From positions 1 through 37,639 of the IMG/VR virus record IMGVR_UViG_3300049138_000306: a stretch of DNA of 37,639 nucleotides, one strand, 5' to 3'. Every line of letters begins with the position of its first letter. The stretch's first letter is position 1. The position numbers were made by a program, and so were the translations under genes. This DNA is from a virus. Lineage: Duplodnaviria > Caudoviricetes. Shown here one piece after another: positions 37,008-37,639 of this stretch. The notes beneath the pieces are model-generated. The model was not told the DNA's origin. It saw only the letters and a program-made list of their open reading frames with translations, and searched no databases.

Positions 37008-37036
37008 ACATTACATGACTTACATAAGTTATGCAA
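37008..37036 (-). promoter_or_regulatory. Sigma70-type leaderless promoter with palindromic operator
   Basis: TTGCAT-N17-TAATGT-N6-ATG; palindrome CATGACTTA-ca-TAAGTTATG at 37014-37033. Confidence 0.8.
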
Positions 37037-37102
37037 CACGGGTGAGGGGCCGTCCGCGGCGCCCAACGAGCCACCAGCCGAAGTCCTCGGTAAGGTCGGG
37101 GC

Positions 37103-37639
37103 ATGACCTCTACCAAGTGGACTATTCACGGCGAGCGGATCCTCGATGACTCCAGACGAGCGGTCTGGTCGATCGCCGACGTCGAGCTGCCCGACGGGGT
37201 TCGCTTCGAGCAGTACGTCTACCGGGCACCGAAAGCCGCGATGACGCTGCTCGTCGTCGACGATCGTGTCCTCCTCCTTCGCCGCCACCGTTTCGTGATC
37301 GACCGGTGGGTATGGGAGCTGCCGGGCGGCTATTGCGACGAGGGCGAGGACATCGCCGCGTGCGCTGCGCGCGAAGCCGAGGAGGAGACCGGCTGGCGCC
37401 CGACCGCGTTGAAACCGCTGATCACCTTCCAACCATGGGTCGCCACCGCTGACGCCGAGCAGCACCTGTACGTCTCGTACGGCGCCGAGCTGGTCAGCGA
37501 GACCCCGGCCGACATCAACGAGGCCGCGGAGCTGCGATGGTTCGCGTTCGGCGAGATTCCGGCGCTGATCGCCTCCGGTGAGGTCACCGGGTCTGCCTCA
37601 GTGATCGGCCTCCAGGCCCTCCTCCTCGATCGGCAGTAG
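37103..37639 (+). CDS. Nudix hydrolase (ADP-ribose pyrophosphatase-like)
   Basis: Nudix box GGYCDEGEDIAACAAREAEEETGW; TAAGGT 6 nt before the ATG. Confidence 0.92.
   Translation: MTSTKWTIHGERILDDSRRAVWSIADVELPDGVRFEQYVYRAPKAAMTLLVVDDRVLLLRRHRFVIDRWVWELPGGYCDEGEDIAACAAREAEEETGWRPTALKPLITFQPWVATADAEQHLYVSYGAELVSETPADINEAAELRWFAFGEIPALIASGEVTGSASVIGLQALLLDRQ

Larger units (their letters stand above)
1659..37639. mobile_element. Temperate siphovirus-type prophage integrated at tRNA-Lys (right boundary not seen)
   Basis: Integrase, repressor, cro, xis, replication, packaging, head, tail and lysis modules in canonical order. No duplicate of the tRNA 3' end was seen in the window. Confidence 0.93.

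Noticed and set aside
35588-37639. attR
   Set aside because: No copy of the tRNA-Lys 3' end was seen by eye; it probably lies beyond the window.

Overview
High-GC actinobacterial chromosome segment. The host obgE gene (1-1467, minus strand) is followed by a divergent tRNA-Lys(CTT). An apparently intact temperate siphovirus-type prophage starts at the tRNA 3' end (about 1.66 kb) and runs to the window end; attR is not visible. Modules in order: tyrosine integrase with a large Cys/His insert, repressor/cro switch, excisionase, an aberrant initiator-like tRNA, early accessory ORFs, RusA, a replication initiator with internal iterons, a putative late regulator, a DNA methyltransferase with a structured leader and no canonical start, HNH/terminase, an Sm-like protein, a portal-MuF fusion, HK97-type head, tail genes with a -1 frameshift chaperone, a PhoD-like phosphoesterase in the tail module, lysis genes, and a right-end cassette (Phd-like antitoxin, unknown partner, DUF2637-like membrane protein, Nudix). 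All family calls come from motifs and synteny read by eye; no searches were run.
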